Counted from the stretch's first letter, positions 53,944 through 63,612 are shown. The stretch: 64,000 bases of DNA from an uncultured bacterium (GCA_938031185.1 CALHGX010000024.1:13187-77186), one strand, 5' to 3'. The notes: generated by a model not told the origin, from the sequence alone. Numbers and translations are program-made.

Positions 53944-54738
53944 TCACGACCTCCGGCGGAGGAATGCGCTCAGCACTTGACCCGAGGCCAGTTCCAGTTC
54001 GGAGATCAGTCGCGAGGCTCGCCCCCGGAAATAGGCGTAGAACGCCATTGAGGGAATGCCGATCAAGAGTCCCGCCGCCGTCGTGATCAAGGCCTCTGCG
54101 ACGCCCGCCGCCAACAGCATCGGCTTGGCTTTGGCCAGATCGAGCGCCACCACGTTGAACGCCCGGATCATGCCGAAGATCGTTCCCAACAGCCCCAGCA
54201 TCGGCGCAATGACGGCCACATCCAGCAAGTATTGCGTCTGCCCCTGTAGCGACACCGCCTGCCGTCCGCCTTCGCCTTCAAGAACTTCCTTGAAGAGCCC
54301 CGCGTCGAGCTTCTCCCGGGGTTGGGCGAAATCCAAGGCAGCCAGCACCACTTCCGAAAAGGCGCAAGGCCGGTAATTGCATGCCGTGCGTACATCCTCC
54401 AGTTGCCCGTCTTCCACCTTCCTGAGCACATCGCGCCGCAGCAGCTCGGGCACCACTTGTTCGCGGCGAAGGGCGAAGAAGAAATAGATGATGAACGCCA
54501 CCGCGATCACGGACAGCGCCGCCAGGGGATACATGAGAACCCCGCCCTTCATGAAAAGGTCGCTCAGCGTCAATTGCTGCGCCATGTCGGCTTCCATCCC
54601 GGCCGCCCCTGGCGCCTGCGCCCATGCGGCTCCGCCGCCAATAAGAAACGCCAAGCCCTTGACCGCCGCCATTCCCCAACGCTTGCTTCTCTCCATGTTT
54701 GCTTCTCCTGCCTGTTTCGCCCGCCCGACCATCCTCAT
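53944..54738 (-). CDS. MotA/TolQ/ExbB family proton-channel protein
   Basis: 264-aa ORF. The ATG at 54738 gives an ATGA overlap with the argH stop. An alternative ATG at 54696 gives a signal-like N-terminus. Motifs: APMLGLLGTIFGMIRAF and LITTAAGLLIGIPS. Confidence 0.85.
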   Translation of the reverse strand: MRMVGRAKQAGEANMERSKRWGMAAVKGLAFLIGGGAAWAQAPGAAGMEADMAQQLTLSDLFMKGGVLMYPLAALSVIAVAFIIYFFFALRREQVVPELLRRDVLRKVEDGQLEDVRTACNYRPCAFSEVVLAALDFAQPREKLDAGLFKEVLEGEGGRQAVSLQGQTQYLLDVAVIAPMLGLLGTIFGMIRAFNVVALDLAKAKPMLLAAGVAEALITTAAGLLIGIPSMAFYAYFRGRASRLISELELASGQVLSAFLRRRS

Positions 54739-56099
54739 CCGAGCAGGCGCGCCACCATCCGTGTCTCTCGGCCGCGCTCCTCCCGCGCATATTCACGGGC
54801 CGCCCGAACCCGCCGGCGCACTTCTTCAAGATCCATCCCCGCCGGCGCTCCGTAATGGGTCTTGCGGGCCACGGCAGCAGCGGGATCTTCTTCGTTCAAC
54901 TCGTCCAGCCCTGCTTTCACCCGGCGGTACGCCTCACGAAACGGCACGCCGGCCGCCGCCATCTCGAGCGCTTTGTCCGTCGCAAACACGCCCGCGCTGA
55001 ACCCCTTCCGCAGCGCCGACCGGTTCACCGTCAACCCGCTCACCAGTCTCGCCATGATGCGCAGGGACGCCTCCGTCACGCCCAGTCCATCCAACAACAG
55101 CCGCTTCAGCTCCTGCCAATCGCGATTGTATCCGCTGGGCATGGCCCGGGCGATCTCCGCCGCGGTCGCGGCCAGCCCGAGGACCCGCGCGGCACGCGCC
55201 CGCACCAGCTCCAGCACATCCGGGTTGTTCTTCTGCGGCATGATGCTGCTGCCCGTTCCATATTCCGGAGGAAAGCCGAAATACGAGAACTCGGGCATCG
55301 AGAAGAGAATCAAATCCTGCGCCAGCCGGGACAACGTGATCATCACTTGCCCAAGCGCCGAAAGAATCGCCGCCTCCGTCTTGCCGCGGGCATTGTTGGC
55401 GTACAACACGTTGTGTATTGGGCGACTGAAGCCGAGCAGTTCGGACGTGAGTTGTCGGTCAATTTTCAGCGGCACCCCATAACTGGCGGCCGAACCGAGC
55501 GGGCATTGATCGTTAAGCTCGTACGCATTCACCAGCAATGCCAGGTCATCCAGCAGGCTCTCCGCGTGCGCGCCGGCCCACAATCCGACGGAACTGGGCA
55601 TCGCCGGCTGCATGTGGGTGCGCCCCGCCATCGGCGTTCGCTCGTAACGACCGGCCAGCCTTGTCAACACGGCAGCCAGGTCCGTCGCGGCCTCCATGAT
55701 GGAAAGGAGTCTCGTGCGCGCGTAAAGTCGCAAATCCGTCGCAACCTGATCGTTTCGGCTTCTGGCCGTGTGAATCTTCCGCCCCAGGTCGCCAAGGCGC
55801 TCGGTTAAATGCCGCTCCACGGCCAGATGCACGTCCTGATCTTCCAGCCGGATGACGAATTGGCCGGCCCGCGCTGCCTCCCGGATCGCACGCAACGCCC
55901 GCAAAACCCGCGTCCGCTCGGACGCCGTGATGATCGGCGGCCTCATCCGGGAAAGCATGATCGCGTGCGCCGCTGAACCAAGGCATTCCGCCTCCACCAG
56001 GGCCAGGTCCAATGAGGCGTCTTCGGCGGCTGTGAAGGCCAACACGGCGTGATCGACACCACCCACTGTCGTTTGAAATACCGTTCCGCGTTTTTTCAT
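54735..56099 (-). CDS. argH: argininosuccinate lyase
   Basis: 454 aa. Motifs: SRNDQVATDLRLY and the GSSIMPQKNNPDVLELVR signature. Confidence 0.95.
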   Translation of the reverse strand: MKKRGTVFQTTVGGVDHAVLAFTAAEDASLDLALVEAECLGSAAHAIMLSRMRPPIITASERTRVLRALRAIREAARAGQFVIRLEDQDVHLAVERHLTERLGDLGRKIHTARSRNDQVATDLRLYARTRLLSIMEAATDLAAVLTRLAGRYERTPMAGRTHMQPAMPSSVGLWAGAHAESLLDDLALLVNAYELNDQCPLGSAASYGVPLKIDRQLTSELLGFSRPIHNVLYANNARGKTEAAILSALGQVMITLSRLAQDLILFSMPEFSYFGFPPEYGTGSSIMPQKNNPDVLELVRARAARVLGLAATAAEIARAMPSGYNRDWQELKRLLLDGLGVTEASLRIMARLVSGLTVNRSALRKGFSAGVFATDKALEMAAAGVPFREAYRRVKAGLDELNEEDPAAAVARKTHYGAPAGMDLEEVRRRVRAAREYAREERGRETRMVARLLG

Positions 56100-57349
56100 G
56101 GCTCGCTCAAACTAGCCGCCCGCCATCTGCGTTCCGTTTCGTCAACATACCGCCGCATGTCCGAAGGATCAAGACACAGTTCGTCATCTGTTGCTTCGGC
56201 CGCGCCGGTGAGGCGGACCTCCGCTTCATCCATGTAGCGGGCGCGCTCCAACGTGACGCGCTCGATCCGTTCCAGTTCCCGCCAGGCCTCCGCCAAGCGA
56301 CGCCGCGACAACCATCGCGCGCGCCCCTCCGCAATCCCCTCGTAGAAAAGGGCGAAACGCTCCGCCAGTGCGCTGAACTCCGGGCCGCGACCGATGCCCA
56401 ATGCCCTCAATTCTACCGCCTTCAGCCGGGCTGCGGCCCGGGTCTCTTCCTTCGTCCACAATTCCTCTTCCAACATCCGTCCCCCTTGCCCCTCTTCTCC
56501 GCCGTCCATCCATAGCGCCTTCCTCAAGTTCACCAGATCGGCCGCAGTGTGGTAACCGGCGGGCTGCATCATGCGGCGCTGGGCCCCAAGCCATTGCTGC
56601 CAGTCCGTGTTCATGGCCTCAACGGAAGAAAACCCGAGCGCCGCGGCCAGCCATTGGGCCGAAACGGTCTCTCCGGTGCCGAAGCGGTCCAGTGATTCGG
56701 CATAAATGCGCCGACGCGGATCCCTCTCGCCAAGCCATTCGAAAAAAAACCTGCTCCATAATCGGGGACCGTGCCATCCCCTCGGCAGCACATGCCACCG
56801 AAGCACTTCTTGAGCCGATGGCGGAGATTCGAAAGCCATGCGCGCCGTCAATGCGCTGCGCCACGCCGGCCGCGCCGCATCGTTCAGCGTTTCAGCCAAT
56901 CCAACCGCGTACCAATCGGGAATACAGGCCCATTCGCTGGATGCGCCCCCCCCGCGCCGCGCATCCACAAGCGCCTCAAGACCATAGCGGACCATCCCGT
57001 CCCGCAATTCCTTTTCCGTGAGGCCGTCGGCGCCGCCAACCTCTAGCACCATTCCGCCTGACGCAGCGTCCCTTGTTAGGCGAACCCCGTCAAACGAAGC
57101 TTGCTTGGGATCGAGCAGCCGCACCTCCATGCGAGGCCAGCCTTGCTTGGGCGCATCCGGTTCCAATCGCCGGACAATCGCAGCCATCGTTCGGTCCGCT
57201 TCAGCGGACCAATGCCGCGCGGCTTCGCCCGCCATCGGCGGCTCCGTCTGCGCCGGGGATGACTCCGGCGCTAAAATCAGTCCACAAAGCAATCCGATCG
57301 GAAGAAAAGCCCGCTCCGCGCATCCACCGATGTGGCGTCGCGCTTTCAC
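56096..57349 (-). CDS. hypothetical secreted protein
   Basis: 417-aa ORF with a GTG start forming a GTGA overlap with the upstream stop. It has a signal-like N-terminus and a Trp/Arg-rich helical body. No recognised motif. Confidence 0.5.
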   Translation of the reverse strand: MKARRHIGGCAERAFLPIGLLCGLILAPESSPAQTEPPMAGEAARHWSAEADRTMAAIVRRLEPDAPKQGWPRMEVRLLDPKQASFDGVRLTRDAASGGMVLEVGGADGLTEKELRDGMVRYGLEALVDARRGGGASSEWACIPDWYAVGLAETLNDAARPAWRSALTARMAFESPPSAQEVLRWHVLPRGWHGPRLWSRFFFEWLGERDPRRRIYAESLDRFGTGETVSAQWLAAALGFSSVEAMNTDWQQWLGAQRRMMQPAGYHTAADLVNLRKALWMDGGEEGQGGRMLEEELWTKEETRAAARLKAVELRALGIGRGPEFSALAERFALFYEGIAEGRARWLSRRRLAEAWRELERIERVTLERARYMDEAEVRLTGAAEATDDELCLDPSDMRRYVDETERRWRAASLSEP

Positions 57350-58050
57350 TTCTTAAGAGCAAGCACCAGGCGATCCGGCGTCACCGTGATCTGTCGCAAG
57401 GCTTCCGCCAGTTGAGGATCCCCCAGCACGACTGAGGGCAGACGGCGAAACATGGGCGTCACCAACCAGCCAAGGACGCCAGGCAAGGGCAGATGCCCGA
57501 TCATGCCGCCTTTCACCAGCCAACGGCCTTCGTCAAAACCGGTTCGCAGTTCGGAGGTGATCCGCAGCGGCACAGCGCCAACCTGCTTCACCCGCGCCAG
57601 CGGACGGTAGGTCCTGGCCACGCGCAATGTGACCATTTCGTCGTTCAATTGGGCTTGAATCCGGTCAAACCCGATCCGATCCCTCTGCCCGTGAAGATAG
57701 GCGTTGACTTCCGCCCCTGTAAACGCCATCTGGGTCGTTCCGCGAGCCCTGAACTCCGCTCGCATGGCCTCCGCTTTGGCGCGAAAGCGCTGGCGGTCGC
57801 CTTCGGAGTGCGAGGCATCCGGCATCGGCGCGGGCCAGAGAGCCAATCCCGCAACGGCCGCCACCGCCAGAAGCGCCAGAATGACCAGGATTTGGCCGAT
57901 TCCGCGCCGACCCCCCGACGCCACCCGCTGGCGGCGAAGCTGCTGCAGCGACGCGTGCGAAAGATCCATGCGCTGCCCGCAATGGACGCAAAAGACGCGG
58001 CCCAACTCGTTGCGCCCGCCGCAATGCCCGCAAACGATTTGAACGCTCAT
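57346..58050 (-). CDS. zinc-ribbon membrane protein
   Basis: 234 aa. CGHCGGRNELGRVFCVHCG (CxxC-N10-CxxC) is followed by one TM helix (ILVILALLAVAAVAGLALW) and a periplasmic domain. Confidence 0.55.
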   Translation of the reverse strand: MSVQIVCGHCGGRNELGRVFCVHCGQRMDLSHASLQQLRRQRVASGGRRGIGQILVILALLAVAAVAGLALWPAPMPDASHSEGDRQRFRAKAEAMRAEFRARGTTQMAFTGAEVNAYLHGQRDRIGFDRIQAQLNDEMVTLRVARTYRPLARVKQVGAVPLRITSELRTGFDEGRWLVKGGMIGHLPLPGVLGWLVTPMFRRLPSVVLGDPQLAEALRQITVTPDRLVLALKK

Positions 58051-58058
58051 GATGCCGT

Positions 58059-58343
58059 TCAGCTCTTGTTATCCGCCCCTGCTTTTTTTGCCGTCGTTTT
58101 CTCCGCCGGCTTGTCGGATTTCTGCTCGCCGCTTTCCGCTTTGGCCGCCTTGCGGTAGCTCTCGCTGCGATAATCCGTCTGATAGAAGCCGCTGCCCTTG
58201 AAAATGATCCCCGCCCCCGAGCCCAGGAGCCGCTTCACCTTGCCGCGGCATTTGGGGCACCGCTGTACCGGCTTGTCCGTTATCTTCTGGAACTGCTCAA
58301 ACAGATGTCCACATTTCTGGCATTCGTATTCGTAGGTCGGCAT
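58059..58343 (-). CDS. FmdB-family zinc-ribbon putative regulatory protein
   Basis: Inside ORF 58059..58361. The ATG at 58343 follows aggaggg. MPTYEYECQKCGHLFEQFQKITDKPVQRCPKCRG is the CxxC_CxxC_SSSS signature. Confidence 0.8.
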   Translation of the reverse strand: MPTYEYECQKCGHLFEQFQKITDKPVQRCPKCRGKVKRLLGSGAGIIFKGSGFYQTDYRSESYRKAAKAESGEQKSDKPAEKTTAKKAGADNKS

Positions 58344-58424
58344 GAACCCTCCTGCCTTCAAGCGATCCGCAATCTCGTTCCACCTTATCCCCGGCGTGAC
58401 CGGTCCGTCAACGGCGCGCCCTTC

Positions 58425-60341
58425 TCACCGCACGGTCGAACCCGGCGGCATGTCGCCGTCCACGGTCACGAGCTTGAGCGCGCCTTCGCACGACGCCGCC
58501 AACAGCATGCCTCTGGACTCCACCCCGCGAATGCGGGCGGGTTTCAAGTTTGCTACTATCACAATCAACCGGCCCGGCAAGTCTTCCGGACGATAATGCT
58601 GCGCAATGCCGGCTACAATCTGACGCCGCCCATCCCCGCTATCCACTTCCAAGCGCAGAAGTTTGTCCGCTCCCGCAACCCGTTCCGCCGTCAACACCCG
58701 GGCGGTTCTGAGTTCCACTTTCTGGAAATCGGCGTATTCGATCAACGCAACACCTTCAGCCGACGCAGGCGTCAGCCCTGAAACTGGCGGTTGTGCTTCT
58801 GTCTTTTCCGTTTGGATCCGCGGAAAGAGAGGACGGCCCTCCGCTGCCACACGCCGTCCGGACTCGAGACAGCCCCACCGCTTGAGGTCTGTTATGCTTG
58901 GCTCTCCGGCGGGGAGCCCCAGCGCCGCCCGCAGTTCCGCCATCTTGCCGGGCATGACGGGATACAGCAGACCAGACACAATCCGCAGCGTCTCTCCCGC
59001 GGCATAAAGAGTCGTCTCTAGACCCGCCCGATCCCCCTGCTTCGCCATGAACCACGGCTGCTTCTTCTCCAGATATCGGTTCGCCTCCCGAACGGCGTTC
59101 TGCACCGCCGCCAGCCCCGCGTCCAGCCGCATGCCCTCCACCGCTTCCTCCATGGCCACGGCCGCCGCCATCACCGCGTCCCGCAGCGCGGTCTCTTCTT
59201 CGCCTTCGGGTCCCGGTGCGGGCGTCTGCCCCCCTAAGTGCGAATTGATCAGCTTAAGCACTCGGCTAAGGAGATTGCCGATGTCGTTCGCTAGGTCGGC
59301 GTTGCAACGCCGGACGAACGACTCCTCGGTAAACGCCGCGTCCTGCCCCAGCGTCATCTCGGCCATCAGGAAGTATCGGAACGCATCCACACCGTAACGT
59401 TCGATGAACTCCATTGGATTGACCACGTTGCCGACCGATTTGCTCATCTTGCTTTCACCCACCAGCCACCAGCCGTGGGCGAAAACCGTCTCCGGCATCG
59501 GCAACCCCATCGCCTTGAGCATGGTGGGCCAGTACACCGTGTGCGTGGTCAGAATATCCTTGCCGATCAGGTGGTAACTGGCGGGCCACCACGCGCGAAA
59601 CCGCTCCTCGTCGGACAAATAGCCCGGCGCACTGATATAGTTGACCAGTGCGTCAAACCAGACATAGGTGACGAAATCCCGATCGAACGGCAACTCGATC
59701 CCCCATGCGAGGCGGCTCTTGGGACGCGACACGCACAGGTCGTTCAACTTTTTTCGCAGAAACCCCAGCGTCTCATTGCGGCGTGATTCCGGCAGGATAA
59801 ACCGCGGATGGGCTTGGATGTACTCGACCAGCCAGTCCTGATAACGGCTCATTCGAAAGAAGTAGTTGCTCTCGCGAATTCGCTCCAGGGAACGGCGACA
59901 CTCCGGACATGTGCCGTCGTTCAGGTCTTTTTCCGTAAAAAAGCGCTCGCACGGGACGCAATACCATCCGTCATAGTCCGCGCGGTAAATCTCGTCCCGG
60001 TCATAAAGGTCCTGCAGAATGGCCTGCACCACTTTGACATGACGCGGCTCGGTGGTTCGAATGAAATCGTCGTTCGTGATGCCCAGCCGCCGCCACAGTT
60101 CCTGAAAGCGCACCACCGTCCGGTCCGCCTGTTCCTTGGGGGAAATGCCGGCCGCCTCCGCCGCTCGCTGCACCTTCTGGCCGTGCTCGTCGGTGCCGGT
60201 AAGAAAAAACGTTGGGACGCCCAGCAGACGATGATATCGGGCCAGCACATCCCCTAAAATAGTGGTGTAGGCGTGGCCGATGTGCGGCACGTCGTTAACA
60301 TAATAGATCGGCGTCGTGACGTAGAATTTCGGCTGTTTCAT
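58425..60341 (-). CDS. metG: methionine--tRNA ligase with C-terminal tRNA-binding (Trbp111-like) domain
   Basis: Inside ORF 58425..60533. Start at ATG 60341 (MKQPKFYVTTPIYYVNDVPHIGHAYT). KMSKS motif present. The C-terminus VELRTARVLTAERVAGADKLLRLEVD is an OB-fold tRNA-binding domain. Confidence 0.95.
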   Translation of the reverse strand: MKQPKFYVTTPIYYVNDVPHIGHAYTTILGDVLARYHRLLGVPTFFLTGTDEHGQKVQRAAEAAGISPKEQADRTVVRFQELWRRLGITNDDFIRTTEPRHVKVVQAILQDLYDRDEIYRADYDGWYCVPCERFFTEKDLNDGTCPECRRSLERIRESNYFFRMSRYQDWLVEYIQAHPRFILPESRRNETLGFLRKKLNDLCVSRPKSRLAWGIELPFDRDFVTYVWFDALVNYISAPGYLSDEERFRAWWPASYHLIGKDILTTHTVYWPTMLKAMGLPMPETVFAHGWWLVGESKMSKSVGNVVNPMEFIERYGVDAFRYFLMAEMTLGQDAAFTEESFVRRCNADLANDIGNLLSRVLKLINSHLGGQTPAPGPEGEEETALRDAVMAAAVAMEEAVEGMRLDAGLAAVQNAVREANRYLEKKQPWFMAKQGDRAGLETTLYAAGETLRIVSGLLYPVMPGKMAELRAALGLPAGEPSITDLKRWGCLESGRRVAAEGRPLFPRIQTEKTEAQPPVSGLTPASAEGVALIEYADFQKVELRTARVLTAERVAGADKLLRLEVDSGDGRRQIVAGIAQHYRPEDLPGRLIVIVANLKPARIRGVESRGMLLAASCEGALKLVTVDGDMPPGSTVR

Positions 60342-60526
60342 GCTGACCTCTTCGGTTGTGTAAGGGTAGCTGATCAGGCCTGTGTTGCAATCGGAAACTG
60401 CGCCCCTGCGTTTTGAAGGCCAAACACATCCGCATGCCTCCGCCGAATGCCGTTGTTTGAGACCGCTTGCGCTTGACAGCCCGGCCGCATCCAGGCAATA
60501 GAACCAACACCCCTGAGGGGACCGGC

Positions 60527-63181
60527 ATGACAACGTTCCAGAGCCTTTGCGCGCGCGGTTTGGCTTTTCTGGGTCGCAACCTTCTCAGGCTAAGATACCG
60601 AGCGGAGCTTCGCGGGCTGAAGGAAATCGCCGCGCGCGGCCGCAACGGCATTCTGTTCCTGCCGAACCATCCGGCCCTCATTGATCCTGTGATCCTGATC
60701 TGCGCCCTTCAGCCCCTTTTCGCGCCTCGCGCGCTTGCCAACCGCGATCAGGTCAACCGCCCCTTCATTCGCTGGGCCGCGCGCCGTTTCCGGGTATGGA
60801 CCATGCCGGACGCGCTCCTCGGCGGCGAAACCGCCCGGGAAGAAATCGCTTCGGCGCTGGCATCCTGCGCCGACTGGCTCCGGCGCGGCGGCAACGTCCT
60901 GCTCTACCCGGCCGGGCACATCAGCCGCGCGCGCGAAGAACAGGTGGGCGGAACCAGCGCGGTCGAAACCATCTTGCGTGCCGCGCCAAATGCCCGCGTT
61001 GTGCTCGTGCGCACTCGCGGTCTCTGGGGCAGCGGCTTCAGCCGGGCGTCCGGCCAAGCGCCAAAGGTGGCCCGCACGCTCTTGCGCGGCATCAAGGGGT
61101 TGCTGGCCAGCGGCATCTTCTTCGCCCCCAAACGAGCGGTCTCCATCGAGTTCCAGGAGCCGGCGGACTTTCCGCGCCACGCTTCACGCGATCTCGTCAA
61201 TCGCGCACTCGAGGGGTTCTACAACCGGGACCCCGCGCCGAACATCTATGTCCCCTGCTCCATCTGGGAACGCCGCGGCGCCGAAGTTCGGCCTGAACCC
61301 TCCGCTTCCTCAGGGCGGCAGGACGCAACGGGCGTTTCTTCCGCCATCCGGGAGACGGTCCTGGGCCGCCTGCGCGGCATCACGGGAAACATGACCCTCC
61401 GCGACGCGGATCACCTGGCCAAAGACCTCGGCATGGACAGCCTCGCCATCGTCGAACTGGCAGCCTGGCTTGAATCGGAGTTCGGCACCCAGTTCGGCGA
61501 CTCCGGCGCCGGCATGGAAACCGTCGCCGATGTCCTGTGGGCTGCCGCCGGAGCCGGCACCGGCCGGGCCGATATCGAACTCAAGCCCGTCCCTCTCTTG
61601 TGGCACAACCTGCCAACAGACCATCCCGTCGCGTTGCCCGACGGCGGGAATGTGCCGGAAGTTTTTCTTCGTTGCGCCCTCGGTCGGCCCCATCGTGTCA
61701 TGGCGGCCGACCAGGCCTCTGGCGTTCGCACCTATCGCGATGCTCTCGCCGCCATTCTGGCGCTCAAACCCGTCATGGAAGACATCCCCGGCCCCTACGT
61801 CGGCATCATGCTGCCGTCTTCTGTGGCCGCCGGCCTTATCATCCTCGCGGTCCAGTTCGCCGGCAAGACGCCCGTCATGGTGAACTGGACGTTGGGTCTG
61901 CAAGCCATGCGCCACACACTCGACTTGCTCGACGTGGGCCGTGTGCTGACATCCGCCCGCCTGGTGGAGCGCCTGGAAAAGCAATGGGGATCCATGGATG
62001 AGATACGAATGCGCCTGGTGTTTCTTGAAGAAGTTCGCCGCGCTCTTCCGCTTCACCGACGCATCGCGGCGGCCATACAAGCCCGAACCGGCGCCGGGCC
62101 GCTATGGCGAGCTCGCGTGGCGGATACCGCCGTCGTGCTATTTACCAGCGGTTCTGAGGCGGCGCCAAAGGCCGTGCCGCTGACGCACGCCAACCTGCTC
62201 GCCAACATGCGGGACCTCGTCCGCGTGCTGCACATCAAGCCCGGCGACCGTATGCTTGGCATGCTGCCGCCGTTTCACTCCTTCGGCATCACCGGCACCA
62301 TTCTTTTCCCATTTTGCACGGGTATTCCCGTGGCCTACCACCCCAACCCCACCGAAGGCGCTTTGCTGGCCAGGACTATTGAGGCGTACCGGCTGACGAT
62401 CGTTGTGGGCACACCCACTTTTCTCAACGGTATTCTCCGCGCGGCTCGGCCCGGGGACTTATCCTCCGTCCGGCTCATTGTCAGTGGCGCCGAGAAATGC
62501 CCCGACGCGCTCCACGAGACCGTCCGCAAATCCTATCCGCATTGCCGCATCGTGGAGGGGTACGGCGTGACCGAATGCTCGCCCGTCGTAGCCGTAAACG
62601 ACGATCGCGATCCCCGCCCCGGCACCATCGGGCGAGTCTTGCCCTCATTTCGATACGCGGTCGTCCATCCTGAAACCGGCGCCCGTGTCCGGCAAGGCGA
62701 GATGGGCCGTCTCCTCGTCCGCGGGCCCGCCGTGTTTTCCGGCTATCTTCATCACGCCGGACGCCAGCCCTTTATGCAACTCGATGGCCTTGACTGGTAC
62801 GACACCGGCGACCTGGTGCGCGAATCGTCCGACGGCCTGCTCACCTTCTGCGGCCGCTTGAAGCGGTTCGTGAAAGTCGGCGGCGAGATGATTTCGCTCC
62901 CGGCGATTGAAGAAGCCCTCTTGCGCTCCTTGGCGACGCCAACCGACGAAGGCCCTTGTCTTGCCGTCGAGTCCACCGGCGTCGAGCCCAATCCGGACAT
63001 CGTGCTATTTACAACGCGCCCGCTTGCTCGCGACGCGGTCAACCGTTTGCTGCGCGAGGCCGGTCTTTCGCCCCTCCATCACGTTCGGGTCGTCCGGCAA
63101 CTCCCCGAGCTGCCGACCCTTGGAACCGGCAAAGTGGACTATCGCGCACTCAAGCGCCTGCTGGAGACCCCGGCAACATAG
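60527..63181 (+). CDS. tri-domain fusion: lysophospholipid acyltransferase (PlsC-like), carrier-protein-like domain, acyl-AMP-forming ligase (Aas-like)
   Basis: Inside ORF 60467..63181. Start at ATG 60527. HX4D motif NHPALID. Phosphopantetheine-site-like DLGMDSLAIVEL (Ser codon 61439..61441). Adenylation motifs LFTSGSEAAPKAV, GYGVTECSP, YDTGDLV, GRLKRFVKVGGEMIS, GTGKVDYRAL. Confidence 0.85.
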   Translation: MTTFQSLCARGLAFLGRNLLRLRYRAELRGLKEIAARGRNGILFLPNHPALIDPVILICALQPLFAPRALANRDQVNRPFIRWAARRFRVWTMPDALLGGETAREEIASALASCADWLRRGGNVLLYPAGHISRAREEQVGGTSAVETILRAAPNARVVLVRTRGLWGSGFSRASGQAPKVARTLLRGIKGLLASGIFFAPKRAVSIEFQEPADFPRHASRDLVNRALEGFYNRDPAPNIYVPCSIWERRGAEVRPEPSASSGRQDATGVSSAIRETVLGRLRGITGNMTLRDADHLAKDLGMDSLAIVELAAWLESEFGTQFGDSGAGMETVADVLWAAAGAGTGRADIELKPVPLLWHNLPTDHPVALPDGGNVPEVFLRCALGRPHRVMAADQASGVRTYRDALAAILALKPVMEDIPGPYVGIMLPSSVAAGLIILAVQFAGKTPVMVNWTLGLQAMRHTLDLLDVGRVLTSARLVERLEKQWGSMDEIRMRLVFLEEVRRALPLHRRIAAAIQARTGAGPLWRARVADTAVVLFTSGSEAAPKAVPLTHANLLANMRDLVRVLHIKPGDRMLGMLPPFHSFGITGTILFPFCTGIPVAYHPNPTEGALLARTIEAYRLTIVVGTPTFLNGILRAARPGDLSSVRLIVSGAEKCPDALHETVRKSYPHCRIVEGYGVTECSPVVAVNDDRDPRPGTIGRVLPSFRYAVVHPETGARVRQGEMGRLLVRGPAVFSGYLHHAGRQPFMQLDGLDWYDTGDLVRESSDGLLTFCGRLKRFVKVGGEMISLPAIEEALLRSLATPTDEGPCLAVESTGVEPNPDIVLFTTRPLARDAVNRLLREAGLSPLHHVRVVRQLPELPTLGTGKVDYRALKRLLETPAT

Positions 63182-63229
63182 ACCAACAGTGGGGGCGCGG
63201 CAGGGTTGATTCTGAAAAAGCTGCGCCGT

Positions 63230-63472
63230 TCAGGTCTTGTGGCGGTAGGTGATGCGCCCCTTGCTGATGTCGTAGGGCGAAATCTCGACGGCGACACGGT
63301 CGCCAGTGGTGATGCGAATGAAGTGCTTGCGCATTTTGCCCGAGATGTGCGCCAGCAACTCGTGTCCGTTGTCCAGTCGCACGCGGTACATGGTGGCCGG
63401 CAAGACCTTCACCACGGTGCCGTCCAACCGTATGGCTTCTTCCTTTTGCTTCTCCGTCACGAAATGGCCCAC
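63230..63472 (-). CDS. infA: translation initiation factor IF-1
   Basis: 80-aa ORF (alternative GTG start at 63460). [68 protein letters not shown] is the S1-like IF-1 fold. Confidence 0.9.
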   Translation of the reverse strand: MGHFVTEKQKEEAIRLDGTVVKVLPATMYRVRLDNGHELLAHISGKMRKHFIRITTGDRVAVEISPYDISKGRITYRHKT

Positions 63473-63508
63473 TCCGAAATGACCGTCCTACTGCGGCCAA
63501 CGCCCAAA

Positions 63509-63537
63509 CATATAGGGACTTTCCGTCCCGATGACAA
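63509..63537 (-). promoter_or_regulatory. sigma-70-like promoter candidate for infA
   Basis: The reverse strand reads TTGTCA-N17-TATATG, about 35 nt upstream of the infA ATG. Confidence 0.35.
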
Positions 63538-63565
63538 GCCTTCATAACATGGAGCGACGACATCC

Positions 63566-63593
63566 TTGACGGACGCCGTGTTGCTGCTATTGT
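63566..63593 (+). promoter_or_regulatory. sigma-70-like promoter candidate for tRNA-Asn
   Basis: TTGACG-N16-TATTGT, ending 19 nt before the tRNA 5' end. Confidence 0.35.
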
Positions 63594-63612
63594 TATTTGC
63601 GTTCGCTCTTGT

